A model generated the notes under the pieces. It made no database searches and had not been told where the DNA came from. It was given only the letters and a program-made list of their open reading frames with translations. A stretch of 64,000 nt of DNA from Promethearchaeota archaeon (lineage in GTDB: Archaea > Asgardarchaeota > Lokiarchaeia > Sigyniarchaeales > SOKP01), in NCBI GenBank assembly GCA_016926735.1, contig JAFGOA010000071.1, positions 10,064 through 74,063 on the forward strand, written 5' to 3'. A program made the position numbers and the translations under genes. This document shows, piece after piece, positions 30,588-41,315 of this stretch. Within the stretch, counting starts at the first letter, position 1, and each line of letters starts with the position of its first letter.

Positions 30588-31049
30588 CTAAAAGATTGAT
30601 CTAAATCGATCCTCTGTTTTAAGTTTTAAATCTCCTAAAATATTATCAATTCTTTCTATAAATTTTTTTTCAAAAAATTTCTTTTTTTTAGAAAAAATAT
30701 CATTGATAGAAAACCGATTTAGAAAATGTTTATTAATTTCTATTAGATGTTTTTTAACTACGTCTGTATCTGTTTCTTTTTCAATAATTGCATAATATAG
30801 TAATGGTTGTTTATTATTATCAGTATTAGCAAGAGGTAAAGAGACGATTTCAGAATAACATACTAATTTAAATGACGCTAATGAAACAACATTTATATCA
30901 TCACCAAAAACTTCAGATGTAAAACTTTCTAAAGCAGAAAGAAATCCAGCTCTTAGATCTGGATCTAATGGATTATCTGAAGCAGAATAATATTGAATTT
31001 CAAAAATATTTCTATTTCCAAGGTTAATTCCTATTTCAAGAACAGCCAT
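30588..31049 (-). CDS. Standalone longin/roadblock-like (profilin-fold) protein
   Basis: Beta hairpin, then helix 'DLRAGFLSALESFTSEVFG', beta strands, helix 'L.EI...F..RF'. Confidence 0.6.
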   Translation of the reverse strand: MAVLEIGINLGNRNIFEIQYYSASDNPLDPDLRAGFLSALESFTSEVFGDDINVVSLASFKLVCYSEIVSLPLANTDNNKQPLLYYAIIEKETDTDVVKKHLIEINKHFLNRFSINDIFSKKKKFFEKKFIERIDNILGDLKLKTEDRFRSIF

Positions 31050-31153
31050 AGTTAATTTTTTTATTTTATTAAAAAATAATATCTAATGTGTTTTAATAAT
31101 TAAAAATTATATATATGTTATAGATAAAGTTATGTTTAAAATTTTTTTTTTTT

Positions 31154-32020
31154 TTATTCCAACCTATGTGACTCTTGATTTGTATATGCGATTAAAGTAT
31201 TTTGCATTAAAGAATGTACAGTCATAGGACCAATACCACCAGGTGAAGGCGTTATTTTACCACATTTATCCAAAACATCATCGAAATCTACGTCACCACA
31301 TAATTTTCCATCAACCCTATTGGTACCAACATCAATAATTATCGCACCTTCTTTGATTTTATCTTTCGTTATATATTTAGGGCGTCCAACAGCAACAATA
31401 AGTATATCCGCTTTTTGCATATGAGATTCTATATCGATTGTGGATGTATGACAGATAGTTACTGTTGCATTTCTTTTTAGGAGCATAAATATTAATGGCT
31501 TTCCAATAAGAATAGAACGATTAATTATTACTACATTCTTTCCTTTTAAGTCAATTTTATAAGATTCTAATAGTGTAATTATACCTTTCGGAGTGCAAGC
31601 AGCTAATTCTTCATTATAGTCAAATAATTTTCCTCTATTTATTGGATGAAACCCATCAACATCTTTGTTGGGATCAATATATTCAATAAACTCGGATGTA
31701 TATTTAGATAATCCATCAGGGAGAGGAAGTTGTAGCAAAATACCATGGATAGTATTATCTCTATTTAGAGTGTCAATTTTTTCAAGTAATTCTTGTTTTG
31801 ATATATTAGCTGATAAATTTATCATAATAGAGGAAATTCCTATATTAGCACATGTTTTGTGTTTAATATTTACATATACTTTTGAAGCAGGATTTTCCCC
31901 TACTAGAATTGTAGCTAATTTTGGCCTTTTTTTATTATTGGCCAATAAAAGGTCAATTTTAGTCTTAAGTTCTAAATTTAGTTCATTAGCAAGCTTATTG
32001 CCATCAAGTATTTTATCCAT
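31154..32020 (-). CDS. folD: Bifunctional methylene-THF dehydrogenase/cyclohydrolase
   Basis: 'ILDG', 'GILLQLPLP', 'KDVDGFHP', 'CTPKG', 'DVG.N', 'PGGIGPMT'. Confidence 0.97.
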   Translation of the reverse strand: MDKILDGNKLANELNLELKTKIDLLLANNKKRPKLATILVGENPASKVYVNIKHKTCANIGISSIMINLSANISKQELLEKIDTLNRDNTIHGILLQLPLPDGLSKYTSEFIEYIDPNKDVDGFHPINRGKLFDYNEELAACTPKGIITLLESYKIDLKGKNVVIINRSILIGKPLIFMLLKRNATVTICHTSTIDIESHMQKADILIVAVGRPKYITKDKIKEGAIIIDVGTNRVDGKLCGDVDFDDVLDKCGKITPSPGGIGPMTVHSLMQNTLIAYTNQESHRLE

Positions 32021-32026
32021 TCCAAA

Positions 32027-33154
32027 TCAGATTTGTCTCCGTTTCCATAAAAAGAATATTAAACCAGCAGTAAATCCAATTGCTACTAAAATGCCTAAAA
32101 GAACATACCAATTAAATTCTACAAGGCCAATTTCACTATTCAATGAATCAAGAGCATTTAAAATTTTTAGAGTTTGATAGGCATTATAGGACGTACTCAT
32201 AGAAGAATTTTGACTTCCAATCCCAGTAGAAGGATCCGAAAATCCACCATCAAGTGTGTTTTGGCGATCTAAAATCCAATTAATTGTTGTAAGTCTATCA
32301 TTATATTCACTTCCAGATACCATTGAGATAATTTTGATATTATAATAGGTGCTCCAAATTACTGTTTGAGTTAAAGAAGTATCTGGTTTATACCCACCAT
32401 TAGAAAGATAAAAACTCTTAGCATATTGAATTATTTTCTCTTTAGTCGTAGAAGTTAAATTATTAAAACTATCTAAGCTATTAAGAGCAAGAACGGCATA
32501 ATTTGTTGATGATATTGACGATACTGCAGTAGAATTTCCTCCAAATCCTCCATCAGTATTATTACAAGTCAATAACCAATTTATATGACTAAGTGCATTG
32601 TTCATTTCTTGATTAATTATCTCATAACATTTAATGCCTAGGAACGTAGATATTACAATCGGATATGAACTTGTATTTGTCATTGAAAACCCACCTGTGA
32701 TGAGATTTGTCTGGTTAAGATAATTGATAATTTTTCCATTTAAACTACTGTTAGAAATGATTATATTATTAATTTGTCCTAAAGTATTGATTGAACTTAA
32801 TAGATAATATAAATCATATAAATCCATGGCATCATCATCAATCTTATAATCTATTATACTTCCAAATAATTCAGATAGTTCTATAGAATCTACATAATAA
32901 TTAATTTCATTAAAGTCTTTCAATATCTCTAATGCATAAAAAGTTGCATCATAGGAGAGAGGACCATCAACTGAATTTGAAAATCCTTCAGAATCTGAGA
33001 TTCTATTGCTTGAGATAAAATCTATCAAATAATTGCTCCTTGATTTTGCTAATGATAAAGGGGTAATTATTAAAAATGATAATAATACGAAGCATATTAT
33101 CAATTTTTTAGTATGTTTCGTTTTCAATCTTGTACAACTTAATTTATCTTTCAA
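32027..33154 (-). CDS. Secreted, C-terminally anchored prenyltransferase-beta-repeat protein
   Basis: Signal peptide; repeats 'TGGF', 'NTDGGFG', 'SNGGY', 'QNTLDGGF' each followed by 'STxYA'-like helices; C-terminal TM then WKRRQI. Confidence 0.75.
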   Translation of the reverse strand: MKDKLSCTRLKTKHTKKLIICFVLLSFLIITPLSLAKSRSNYLIDFISSNRISDSEGFSNSVDGPLSYDATFYALEILKDFNEINYYVDSIELSELFGSIIDYKIDDDAMDLYDLYYLLSSINTLGQINNIIISNSSLNGKIINYLNQTNLITGGFSMTNTSSYPIVISTFLGIKCYEIINQEMNNALSHINWLLTCNNTDGGFGGNSTAVSSISSTNYAVLALNSLDSFNNLTSTTKEKIIQYAKSFYLSNGGYKPDTSLTQTVIWSTYYNIKIISMVSGSEYNDRLTTINWILDRQNTLDGGFSDPSTGIGSQNSSMSTSYNAYQTLKILNALDSLNSEIGLVEFNWYVLLGILVAIGFTAGLIFFLWKRRQI

Positions 33155-33490
33155 AAATTAATCTTTTTAAATTTAGCTTTTAATTAAAAATTAACTAATA
33201 AATCAAAAAAATGACCATTAATTGGGTTTTCAATAATATTAAAATTCAAATAAATTTGAATTAATATTATATAATTCCTCTTATGGCTCTAAATTATTAT
33301 TTCACTTGGTATTGGTTAGAAGTTCTTCATTGATTAAGAATAAATTAAAATTTTATCAATTTCTATTATTATAAAAATACAATTTTTATTATTTGTTTAT
33401 TTAAAAATCAAGGAAGTACAGGTATAAAAGAAAATAGGAAGATATAAAGAATTATTCAATAGAATTAATATAACATATAAAAGATCAGAA

Positions 33491-35029
33491 TTAATAATTA
33501 CCAAAAATCTGCGAGATATCAGTATGTAGGATTTCTTTATTTAATTCAAATTGTTCCTTTGTAACAAATAAATTCCTAAATGAGGGCAAACTTCCCAATA
33601 TTGTCGCACCATTATAGATAGCTAATTGAAGATTATTGGGTATAAAGAATTTTATTCCACTTTTAGAAGAATCCGTATATTCACTAAAACCTATACTTTT
33701 TACTGTTTCTTCTTTTGCTTTTTGAATTTCATTCATCGGGATTTTTAATGCTTCAGTTTTTAAATTATTACCACAAAAAGGACAAAATACTGATTCTTTA
33801 TCCTTTATTTCTTTTTTACATTTTGAACAAGTAATAATATTACTTATTTTATCTTGTGATATGTCTATTTGAATTGTTGGCATCTCCATATTTGCACCAC
33901 ATTGAGGACAATTTTTAATTCCACCTGATAAGCTGACTAATGTACCACATTGTGGACAAGTATCATTTTCTTTTTTATTTCCCTCAATTGGCTTTAATTC
34001 TTCAATTTTCTCATTTTTTTTACTGTTCTTCCCTTTATTTTTAATAGATATACCATATTGAGGTAATAATATATTTAATTCTGCTCTTAATCTTTCTTCA
34101 AAACCACTATGCGAAAGGTTACCTCCAGAAAGTACAATGTGAGATAAAAGAACATCCCAATATTCTTGATCAACATTCTGTAGACAGCTAATAACAGCAT
34201 GTTGAATTCCAGGAGAGTTTGAACCTATCATAGAAGGAGTAAATAGTACTTCTGTTGAATTATAGAGGATATGATCAGGTATTTGTACTTTAGAACCATC
34301 AGGCATATTATATTCGATACTTTCCCCTGTTTTTGCAGGATTATTTGGATCAATTGTAAAATAACAATTCTTTTCTTTTATTTCTTTTATTATTTCTTCT
34401 ACAGCAGAAGATGAAATATTTATACCTTCTCTCATTAATAGTGTTTTAAGATTATTGCTTACATCCATACCTGCTAAATTTAATCGCTGTACAGCTTGTA
34501 AAAGGATTTGCCCGTTAATTATGGGTACAATCCATGTTAATCCATCACCACTTTCAATAACTAAACCAGTAGTAAGACCTACAGAGAAACATGAAAGAAT
34601 TGGAGAAGGCACCATTAATAAATTATGAATTTGATGGGTTTCAAAAAGCACTCTTGCAATAAATTCTTTTATATCTTTTGATTGGAAAGGATCTTCAATA
34701 TAAATAATTGGATAATCTAAAGGATTTTGAATTCTAAGTAGAGTATATAAAATATGATTTAAAATTTGATAATAGCTATCCCAATCCACAATTGACCCAC
34801 GCTGTATTGGATGAGAAATTTTTAGAACACCTCTCATTTTCATTGCATCTTGTCCTATATACACATTTCTTGCATCAACATCAACCATTACTGAGTGATA
34901 TTTTTCAGTTCCAGTTATACAAGGAAAAATGTATCGAGGATTTACTTCTCCAGCAAATCCCACTTTAACATAAGCAGATCCAATATCAATGATGATTGGA
35001 GTCCCTGGTGTTGGTAATGACATTTTCAT
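33491..35029 (-). CDS. Actin-related protein with a double zinc-ribbon insertion
   Basis: 'IIIDIGS..VKVGFAGE..P..IFP', 'HPIQRG.I.DWD', 'TTGLVIESGDG', 'IKEK.CY', 'VLSGG', 'GATILGSL.SF'. Confidence 0.92.
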   Translation of the reverse strand: MKMSLPTPGTPIIIDIGSAYVKVGFAGEVNPRYIFPCITGTEKYHSVMVDVDARNVYIGQDAMKMRGVLKISHPIQRGSIVDWDSYYQILNHILYTLLRIQNPLDYPIIYIEDPFQSKDIKEFIARVLFETHQIHNLLMVPSPILSCFSVGLTTGLVIESGDGLTWIVPIINGQILLQAVQRLNLAGMDVSNNLKTLLMREGINISSSAVEEIIKEIKEKNCYFTIDPNNPAKTGESIEYNMPDGSKVQIPDHILYNSTEVLFTPSMIGSNSPGIQHAVISCLQNVDQEYWDVLLSHIVLSGGNLSHSGFEERLRAELNILLPQYGISIKNKGKNSKKNEKIEELKPIEGNKKENDTCPQCGTLVSLSGGIKNCPQCGANMEMPTIQIDISQDKISNIITCSKCKKEIKDKESVFCPFCGNNLKTEALKIPMNEIQKAKEETVKSIGFSEYTDSSKSGIKFFIPNNLQLAIYNGATILGSLPSFRNLFVTKEQFELNKEILHTDISQIFGNY

Positions 35030-35160
35030 CGATTTTTTAATTAATCAGAATAAAAAATTGTAAATATAATATCTATAAGATTTTACTTTATTATATTTAT
35101 TTTGGATCATTGATATAGTATTTTAATTTTTTCTTTTTATTTAGATTCTATTGTCAAATA

Positions 35161-35592
35161 TTATGTCAAATATTTCATCAGTTTTATTAAGATAGTCTTT
35201 TCTAAGACTAATCCTATTAATTCATTTTTATCATTTACAACAGGAATTCTCTCAACATTATTATCAAACATTTTTTTCAAAGCATCTATTAACATATCAT
35301 TTTGTTTTATAATATACAATTCAGAAGTCATTAGATCTTTTACAAGAGTATTTGGTTTATCTAAAGACATAGCAAAGCGAGCTAGTCTAATATCTCGTTG
35401 AGTAATAATACCAATTAATTTCTTATTATCGTGTGATTCTACAACAGGAAGACCCCCTATATTTTTTCTAACCATTAAAAGTTCAGTTGTGCTAATTTTT
35501 TCATTAGGAGTAATATATAAAGGATCTTCTACCATAATTTCAGAAATTTTTAATTTTCCAAATTTTTGAAGAGTTTTATCTTCTTCTGACAT
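35161..35592 (-). CDS. CBS-domain pair protein
   Basis: 'IGGLPVV...LIGIITQRD' and 'RIPVV...LIG'. Confidence 0.9.
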   Translation of the reverse strand: MSEEDKTLQKFGKLKISEIMVEDPLYITPNEKISTTELLMVRKNIGGLPVVESHDNKKLIGIITQRDIRLARFAMSLDKPNTLVKDLMTSELYIIKQNDMLIDALKKMFDNNVERIPVVNDKNELIGLVLEKTILIKLMKYLT

Positions 35593-35657
35593 GTTCTTTT
35601 ATTCCATACTTTTAATATATAAAAATAAAATAAATCGCATATTCAACTATAATAAAT

Positions 35658-36107
35658 TCAATAAAGTTTTTTTAACTTTTGTTCTAATTTTTTTTCAAGA
35701 ATAAAAACTTCTTCAATCATATTTTTATAGAGAGCTAATAGAGATTTTCCCCATTCATTTAATTCTACAGTACCTCCACCCCCAACACCACCTTTGTGTG
35801 TAATAACGGGAGATAAACCGGTACGATTTTCAATTCTTTTTAATATATTCCAAGAATATTTATAAGAATAATTACATTTTTCAGCAGCTTTAGATAAAGA
35901 TTTGATTTCATCTTTTTCTATTGCTTCTAATAAATTTGCCCATCCTTTACCCAATATACTAATATCTTCAAACTTTAACCAAAATTTTAAACCAAAATTT
36001 ATTTTCTTTTTTAGTTCTAATATATTTTGGGGATTATTCATGTTAATCATAAAAACAGATAATTGATATAAATTATTAATTTTACTATAAACATCACTTA
36101 AAATCAA
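35658..36107 (-). CDS. ModE-family winged-helix regulator (no TOBE domain)
   Basis: 'G.G...LLEAI...SLSKAA...SYK..W..L..IE', 'GGVGGGGT.L'. Confidence 0.82.
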   Translation of the reverse strand: MILSDVYSKINNLYQLSVFMINMNNPQNILELKKKINFGLKFWLKFEDISILGKGWANLLEAIEKDEIKSLSKAAEKCNYSYKYSWNILKRIENRTGLSPVITHKGGVGGGGTVELNEWGKSLLALYKNMIEEVFILEKKLEQKLKKLY

Positions 36108-36299
36108 TGATTTTTAATTAAATTTATCCATATTAATTCTAATTTTAATCCATATTATTTAAATTTGTAAATCCATTGAAATGAATTCATTTTTCAAACA
36201 ATTAGTTCAAATGAAATTTCGAGTAATTTTGTCCTAAAAAGAAAAGAAAATAAAGAAAAAAATGTTTACAAATATAAAGAATTAAAATAGGTTAGATAA

Positions 36300-37043
36300 T
36301 TGTTTTTCACTGGTTCGATAAAAAAAGGGAAAAAGGTCATAGATGATTTATTTTTTTTCCCTGAAACTCAAATGTTAGATTGTAATCAATATTTAATTGA
36401 CAATAGAGAAAATGATGAATTAATTTTATTTGATGCAGGAAATGGAAAATCCTTAGAAGCTTTATTTGAAGGTATGAAAAATATTGGTTATGACTATAAC
36501 AAAATAAAAAAAGTATACCTGACACATGAACATGTAGATCATGTACTTGGAGTATATGAATTGTTAAAAAAAATGAATGATAAACCGCCTGAAATATATG
36601 CATATGAAAAAACGGCAAAGATTTTAAGAGAAGGTAATGAATCTGAGATTATACCAGCAGGATTAGGGATAACATCGCATATGTTAGGCGTAGACATTAA
36701 ACCTATTAATGTTATAGATATAAAAAATAATGATCAAATTATTTTAAATTCTGAATTCTCATTTAAAATATATTTTAGTCCTGGACATTCCCAAGGATCC
36801 ATTGTTTTTTATGAACCGGAAAAGAAAATATTAATACCAGGAGATGTTGTCTTTACTGGTGGTAGCTTCGGCAGATATGATTTTCCAGGAGGATCTCTTA
36901 ATCAACTTCAGAAATCAATAGATTTTATTAGTAACTTGGATGTGATATATCTATTACCAGGACATATGAATATAAGTGATAATGGAAACGAACAAATTGA
37001 ATATTCTAATAAAATGGTTCATTCAATGAGCGGATATTTCTAA
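36300..37043 (+). CDS. MBL-fold metallo-hydrolase
   Basis: 'DAG', 'THEHVDH', 'PGHS', 'GD', 'PGH'. Confidence 0.9.
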   Translation: MFFTGSIKKGKKVIDDLFFFPETQMLDCNQYLIDNRENDELILFDAGNGKSLEALFEGMKNIGYDYNKIKKVYLTHEHVDHVLGVYELLKKMNDKPPEIYAYEKTAKILREGNESEIIPAGLGITSHMLGVDIKPINVIDIKNNDQIILNSEFSFKIYFSPGHSQGSIVFYEPEKKILIPGDVVFTGGSFGRYDFPGGSLNQLQKSIDFISNLDVIYLLPGHMNISDNGNEQIEYSNKMVHSMSGYF

Positions 37044-37202
37044 AATTATAATCAATATTTTTGAGATCTAAATGATATTTTAGAATAATTTATTTTTTCA
37101 TAGAAGGCTATAACAAATATTATATATATTTATATGTTTATATTATTTTAATAAATTCTAAATAAATATTAATTAGAATAATATATCTATGGGTAAAATA
37201 AT

Positions 37203-37859
37203 ATGTCTAATGAAAAAAAAGTAGACGAAGTATATTTAAGAAATTATCCTAAAGTAATCTTCTTTTGGCCAGTATTCTTCACTTCTTTTATATTGTGGAT
37301 TATACAATGGGTAATAGGAGATATACCAAATAATATTTTGGGATATTTTTGGGCAGCAATGTTCTTCATCAATATTTTTGTTGTTGCTTTTGATTTTTCA
37401 TCAACAAAGTTCTTTATTCTTGTGTTAGTTATTGTAATAGCTTTGGTAATTATAATTATATGGCTTTTACCTAACATAGAAATACACCCAGGTGTTGAAT
37501 TCAATTTAGGTTTAACTTGGCAATTCTATCTTACAATGACTTTAATGTTAGGTCTACCTTTAGGAATGGTTGTTTTAAATGCCTATTTTAGTTATTATAA
37601 AGTTGAGAGAAATGAAATATACCATAAAAGTGGAATCTTTAGTTCTGCTGAAAGATTTCCGGTATCTAATTTAAGAATAAAGAAATCGATCCCAGATGTT
37701 TTTGAATTCTTATTTTTACGTGCTGGATCAATGGTGTTAATCCCGGGTAGATCAGAGGATGTAATAAACTTACCTACAGTACTAAATATAAATAAAAAAG
37801 CAAAAAGGATTGATGATCTCTTAAGTCATGTTTCTGTAGAACCGGATGAAGTTGATTAA
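37203..37859 (+). CDS. Membrane protein (4 TM) with a C-terminal PH-like soluble domain
   Basis: Four hydrophobic helices, then 'Y.V...I....GIF...E......GS' pattern. Confidence 0.6.
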   Translation: MSNEKKVDEVYLRNYPKVIFFWPVFFTSFILWIIQWVIGDIPNNILGYFWAAMFFINIFVVAFDFSSTKFFILVLVIVIALVIIIIWLLPNIEIHPGVEFNLGLTWQFYLTMTLMLGLPLGMVVLNAYFSYYKVERNEIYHKSGIFSSAERFPVSNLRIKKSIPDVFEFLFLRAGSMVLIPGRSEDVINLPTVLNINKKAKRIDDLLSHVSVEPDEVD

Positions 37860-37941
37860 ATTTTTATCTGATTTTTTTTATTTTTTTTTTATATAAATGT
37901 TAGATTTTATATCCTACTTTTTTATATAAATATAGCTCATT

Positions 37942-40746
37942 TTGCACGCAAAATTCTTATTGAATTTACAATTAAATTATAAAAAGGTTAATATGATAAA
38001 TATGTTTAATATTGAAGATTTTCAAAACTACTCAATAATCATCCCAATTATAAAAAAAATTAATAAATATTTAGAAAAAGGAAAACATTCAAATATTTCC
38101 CCTCAAATTGAAGAATTAAAAAGGTATTTAGATCATGATACTTTAAGCGTACCTATTACATATATATTTAGTGTATTAGCTGAGAATTATCCAGAGTTAT
38201 TTAATCTTGAGCTTATTGATAAAATTGAACCTTTAGTCTATTCTGACAATATAAAATTAAAATTAAATTCGATATCAATTTTGGGTTTCTTTATTTTAAA
38301 TAATCCTGAGCTTATAGATATAAAATATTTCTCTTTATTCACTAAATTACTCAATACCGAAAAGAAAGATATAAGAGAGAATTGCTATTATTTTCTACAG
38401 AGGATGTTCAATATTGATCAAAGAAAATTATTAAAATTTATGGATAATTTACTTGAAGCTTTAGAATTAGAAATATTGGACTCAAAGTTAGAAGATATAA
38501 TTATTATTCTTAATTTTATTCAGAATTGTGATAATTTTAATTTCAAACAACTATATACATTAAGAAAATTATCGAAATCAATTATTACAGAGATTTATGA
38601 CGATTCAGATTCAGATCTTAAATCAATTCTGAATAATCTTTTAAAAAATAAATATCAAGAGTTAATAGGAGTAAATTTTGAAGATATCAATAATAATGAT
38701 CTATTATCATTGATAAACAAAACATTTATCCAATTAAAATATGAATTTAACAATGATTTGAAGAAAGAAAAACAGATTGAATTCAAAGATTATTTGAAAA
38801 AATTTAAAAAAAATGTTCTTAAAGAAAAAGAGATATACTTTTATTTTAAAGATCAAGAAAAGCAGAATATTTATCTTTTTGAACTAGAGAAAGAAAAAAC
38901 AATTGATTTCTTCAATCAAAATTGTAAATTATCATATCAAGAGATTATTAATCAATTCCAAAAGGTTTTAGATGATTCAAATCTCCAATTATTTGTAAAA
39001 ATGCTATTAAAATTAAAGCATATTAGTGGTTTTCTTTCAGAATTTAATTTCTATCCTTCAAACTATATTATTACTGAATTAACTAATTCTCTAAAAGAAG
39101 TTGGATATATTGAATTGGATAATTATAATTATTTACCAATAGATTTTATTATAGAGAATATTAAGAAAATCTCAAATGAGGCAAACTATAAAATACTTGT
39201 TGGAAAAGAAAAAAAAACATTTCATGTACTTTCGAAAATTACAGAAAAAATTAGGGAAATAGCAGCTAAAGAAACATGTATTAATTTAAAGACATATCGA
39301 GACCAATTTACTGAAAAGTCATTTGTAAAAATTATAAAATCTCTACCAAAAGATTATTTAACAAGCTATCATAAAGGTTCAAGCTGGCTTACAAATATTG
39401 GAAAGTATAAATTTCTTAAAGAGCTAGAAAATTCTAAGATAATAGGATTTTTCGATATTGAGAAAATAAAAGAAAAGCTAGATATAACTGAAGATTTAAT
39501 TCGAGAAATTTTTAATAATGAAATAGATATACGTAGTGGAGTATGGAATAAATCGCAAGATATCTTTTATTATTCAAAATATATAAAACAAAAGGTTGAA
39601 GATATAAATCAAATTAAAGATCCTCAAGAAAGAGTAGATAGAATAAATAAATTATCAAGAGATCTTAACATAGAAAAGGAAAAAATTATTGGTAAAATTG
39701 ATGAGAATATAGAATTAATCGGAGAAGAAATAAAGAATCAAGATCAAATCCGTATTCCAGAATATATAGAAAAACTAGGTATGGATTATAATGATTTTAT
39801 GCATTATATTGATAGTTTGGGCTTAAATTATCTAAAAAGAGCTGATTTTCTCATATTCAATCCTTTAAAAATTGAAAATGCTAAAAAAGAGATAACACAA
39901 TTAATTAAAAGAGACATTCAAACATTAGATTTTATTTCTTTGGATAATTACGATATGAATTCTACAATTATAAAAGAAATCTTAAAAGAATTACAGAATA
40001 TAGAAGAATTTAAAGGAATAGTATACGAAATGGAAAATGAAAAAAAGTTCTATACCCAAATAGGATTGAAAAATATGATGCTCTCAAACATATTTCTATT
40101 TTCTTTCCACGATTTCTTTTATGGTAAAACATTAGATGATAATGAAATATCAATCCTTTTAAACCTTTTTTATGACCTTAATAAACAAGGAAGATTAAAG
40201 GGAACATTTAATAAAGCAACATTAACCTTTTCTAGCGATGAAATCGTATTTGCAAAAGATTATAACAGTAATTTAGATCAATTCAGATTCATGGTTGATA
40301 ATTATATTAAAAAGTTTAATTCTGAATTTAAGAAAATTAAACCCATTTTAAATAAAGAAACAGCTATAATTCCACAAGAAATAAAATTAATACAGGATGC
40401 TATTCTAAGAATAAATGAGAATTATATATTTTGGAAAAGTAAATTAGATGCATATATAACAAGAGTACATAAAAAATTATTAGAAGATCAGGGTATTTCT
40501 TTGAAAAAGTTTAATTCTGTGTCATATACTGGAATGGATAAGAAAGATATAAAATCATTTGCAGATGATATTGAAGTTAAAGAATTAATGGATAAATTCA
40601 ACTATTGGATAAGTCTTTTCAATAAATTAGAATTGAAATATCAAAATGTAATATTCTATCAAAAAAGATATTTAAATAATCCAGATGATCAAGAATCTAA
40701 TCAAAATTTACTAGAATTAAGAAAAGAATTAAATTTAACACAGTAG
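37942..40746 (+). CDS. Large protein: HEAT/ARM-like N-terminus, repeated winged-helix-like units, C-terminal helical bundle (start probably ~37992-38001)
   Basis: 'LL......IRENC' helical repeats; recurring 'G.I.L/G.F.I', 'ISG...FYP', 'GRLKGTFN...TF'. Confidence 0.6.
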   Translation: MHAKFLLNLQLNYKKVNMINMFNIEDFQNYSIIIPIIKKINKYLEKGKHSNISPQIEELKRYLDHDTLSVPITYIFSVLAENYPELFNLELIDKIEPLVYSDNIKLKLNSISILGFFILNNPELIDIKYFSLFTKLLNTEKKDIRENCYYFLQRMFNIDQRKLLKFMDNLLEALELEILDSKLEDIIIILNFIQNCDNFNFKQLYTLRKLSKSIITEIYDDSDSDLKSILNNLLKNKYQELIGVNFEDINNNDLLSLINKTFIQLKYEFNNDLKKEKQIEFKDYLKKFKKNVLKEKEIYFYFKDQEKQNIYLFELEKEKTIDFFNQNCKLSYQEIINQFQKVLDDSNLQLFVKMLLKLKHISGFLSEFNFYPSNYIITELTNSLKEVGYIELDNYNYLPIDFIIENIKKISNEANYKILVGKEKKTFHVLSKITEKIREIAAKETCINLKTYRDQFTEKSFVKIIKSLPKDYLTSYHKGSSWLTNIGKYKFLKELENSKIIGFFDIEKIKEKLDITEDLIREIFNNEIDIRSGVWNKSQDIFYYSKYIKQKVEDINQIKDPQERVDRINKLSRDLNIEKEKIIGKIDENIELIGEEIKNQDQIRIPEYIEKLGMDYNDFMHYIDSLGLNYLKRADFLIFNPLKIENAKKEITQLIKRDIQTLDFISLDNYDMNSTIIKEILKELQNIEEFKGIVYEMENEKKFYTQIGLKNMMLSNIFLFSFHDFFYGKTLDDNEISILLNLFYDLNKQGRLKGTFNKATLTFSSDEIVFAKDYNSNLDQFRFMVDNYIKKFNSEFKKIKPILNKETAIIPQEIKLIQDAILRINENYIFWKSKLDAYITRVHKKLLEDQGISLKKFNSVSYTGMDKKDIKSFADDIEVKELMDKFNYWISLFNKLELKYQNVIFYQKRYLNNPDDQESNQNLLELRKELNLTQ

Positions 40747-40752
40747 AATTGA

Positions 40753-41037
40753 CTACTTTCTCTCTTTTTCTAATTTTGTGATAAAATCATCAATATCAAT
40801 TGTAGAACTAGGTTTAATTTTATAACATCTTGGGTTTACAGAACCATTGATTTCTAATACGCCATTTTCTTCGAGTAATGCTAAAGATCTCCAAATAAAG
40901 TTTATTTTTGATCGATTTGATGATTTTATTTTATTATGTCTTCTAATTCGTTTTGTATTAACCATATTTACATTATTCTCTATAAGTTTATTAATTGCTT
41001 CTAATGTTTCTCTTACGTTTTTTAAAAAAAAATCCAT
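40753..41037 (-). CDS. Small winged-helix protein
   Basis: 'RSL..LEE.G.LE.......Y.I' wing motif. Confidence 0.65.
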   Translation of the reverse strand: MDFFLKNVRETLEAINKLIENNVNMVNTKRIRRHNKIKSSNRSKINFIWRSLALLEENGVLEINGSVNPRCYKIKPSSTIDIDDFITKLEKERK

Positions 41038-41315
41038 TTTTTCAAAAGCCCCTTTTCATAAAGTAGCAATAATTGAACTAATAAAAAATAATTTCAATTA
41101 ATACAATTTGTAAGTATTATAAATTATTTTTACTCAAATATAAATATTTTTGATTAAGAAATCAAATTTATCTAATTCTAGAAAAGATTGATTTTATAAT
41201 TATATTATTGATAAATAGAAAAAATTAAATAATATTTTAGCTTTCTGGAAAAGCAAAATGAATATTTTTAGTTCTGAAAAAAAAAATTATAGGAAAATTC
41301 TATAGATAATTTAAT

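Noticed and set aside
33243-33262. AATTCAAA-N4-TTTGAATT palindrome
   Set aside because: Almost all A/T and a single copy; expected by chance at this base composition.
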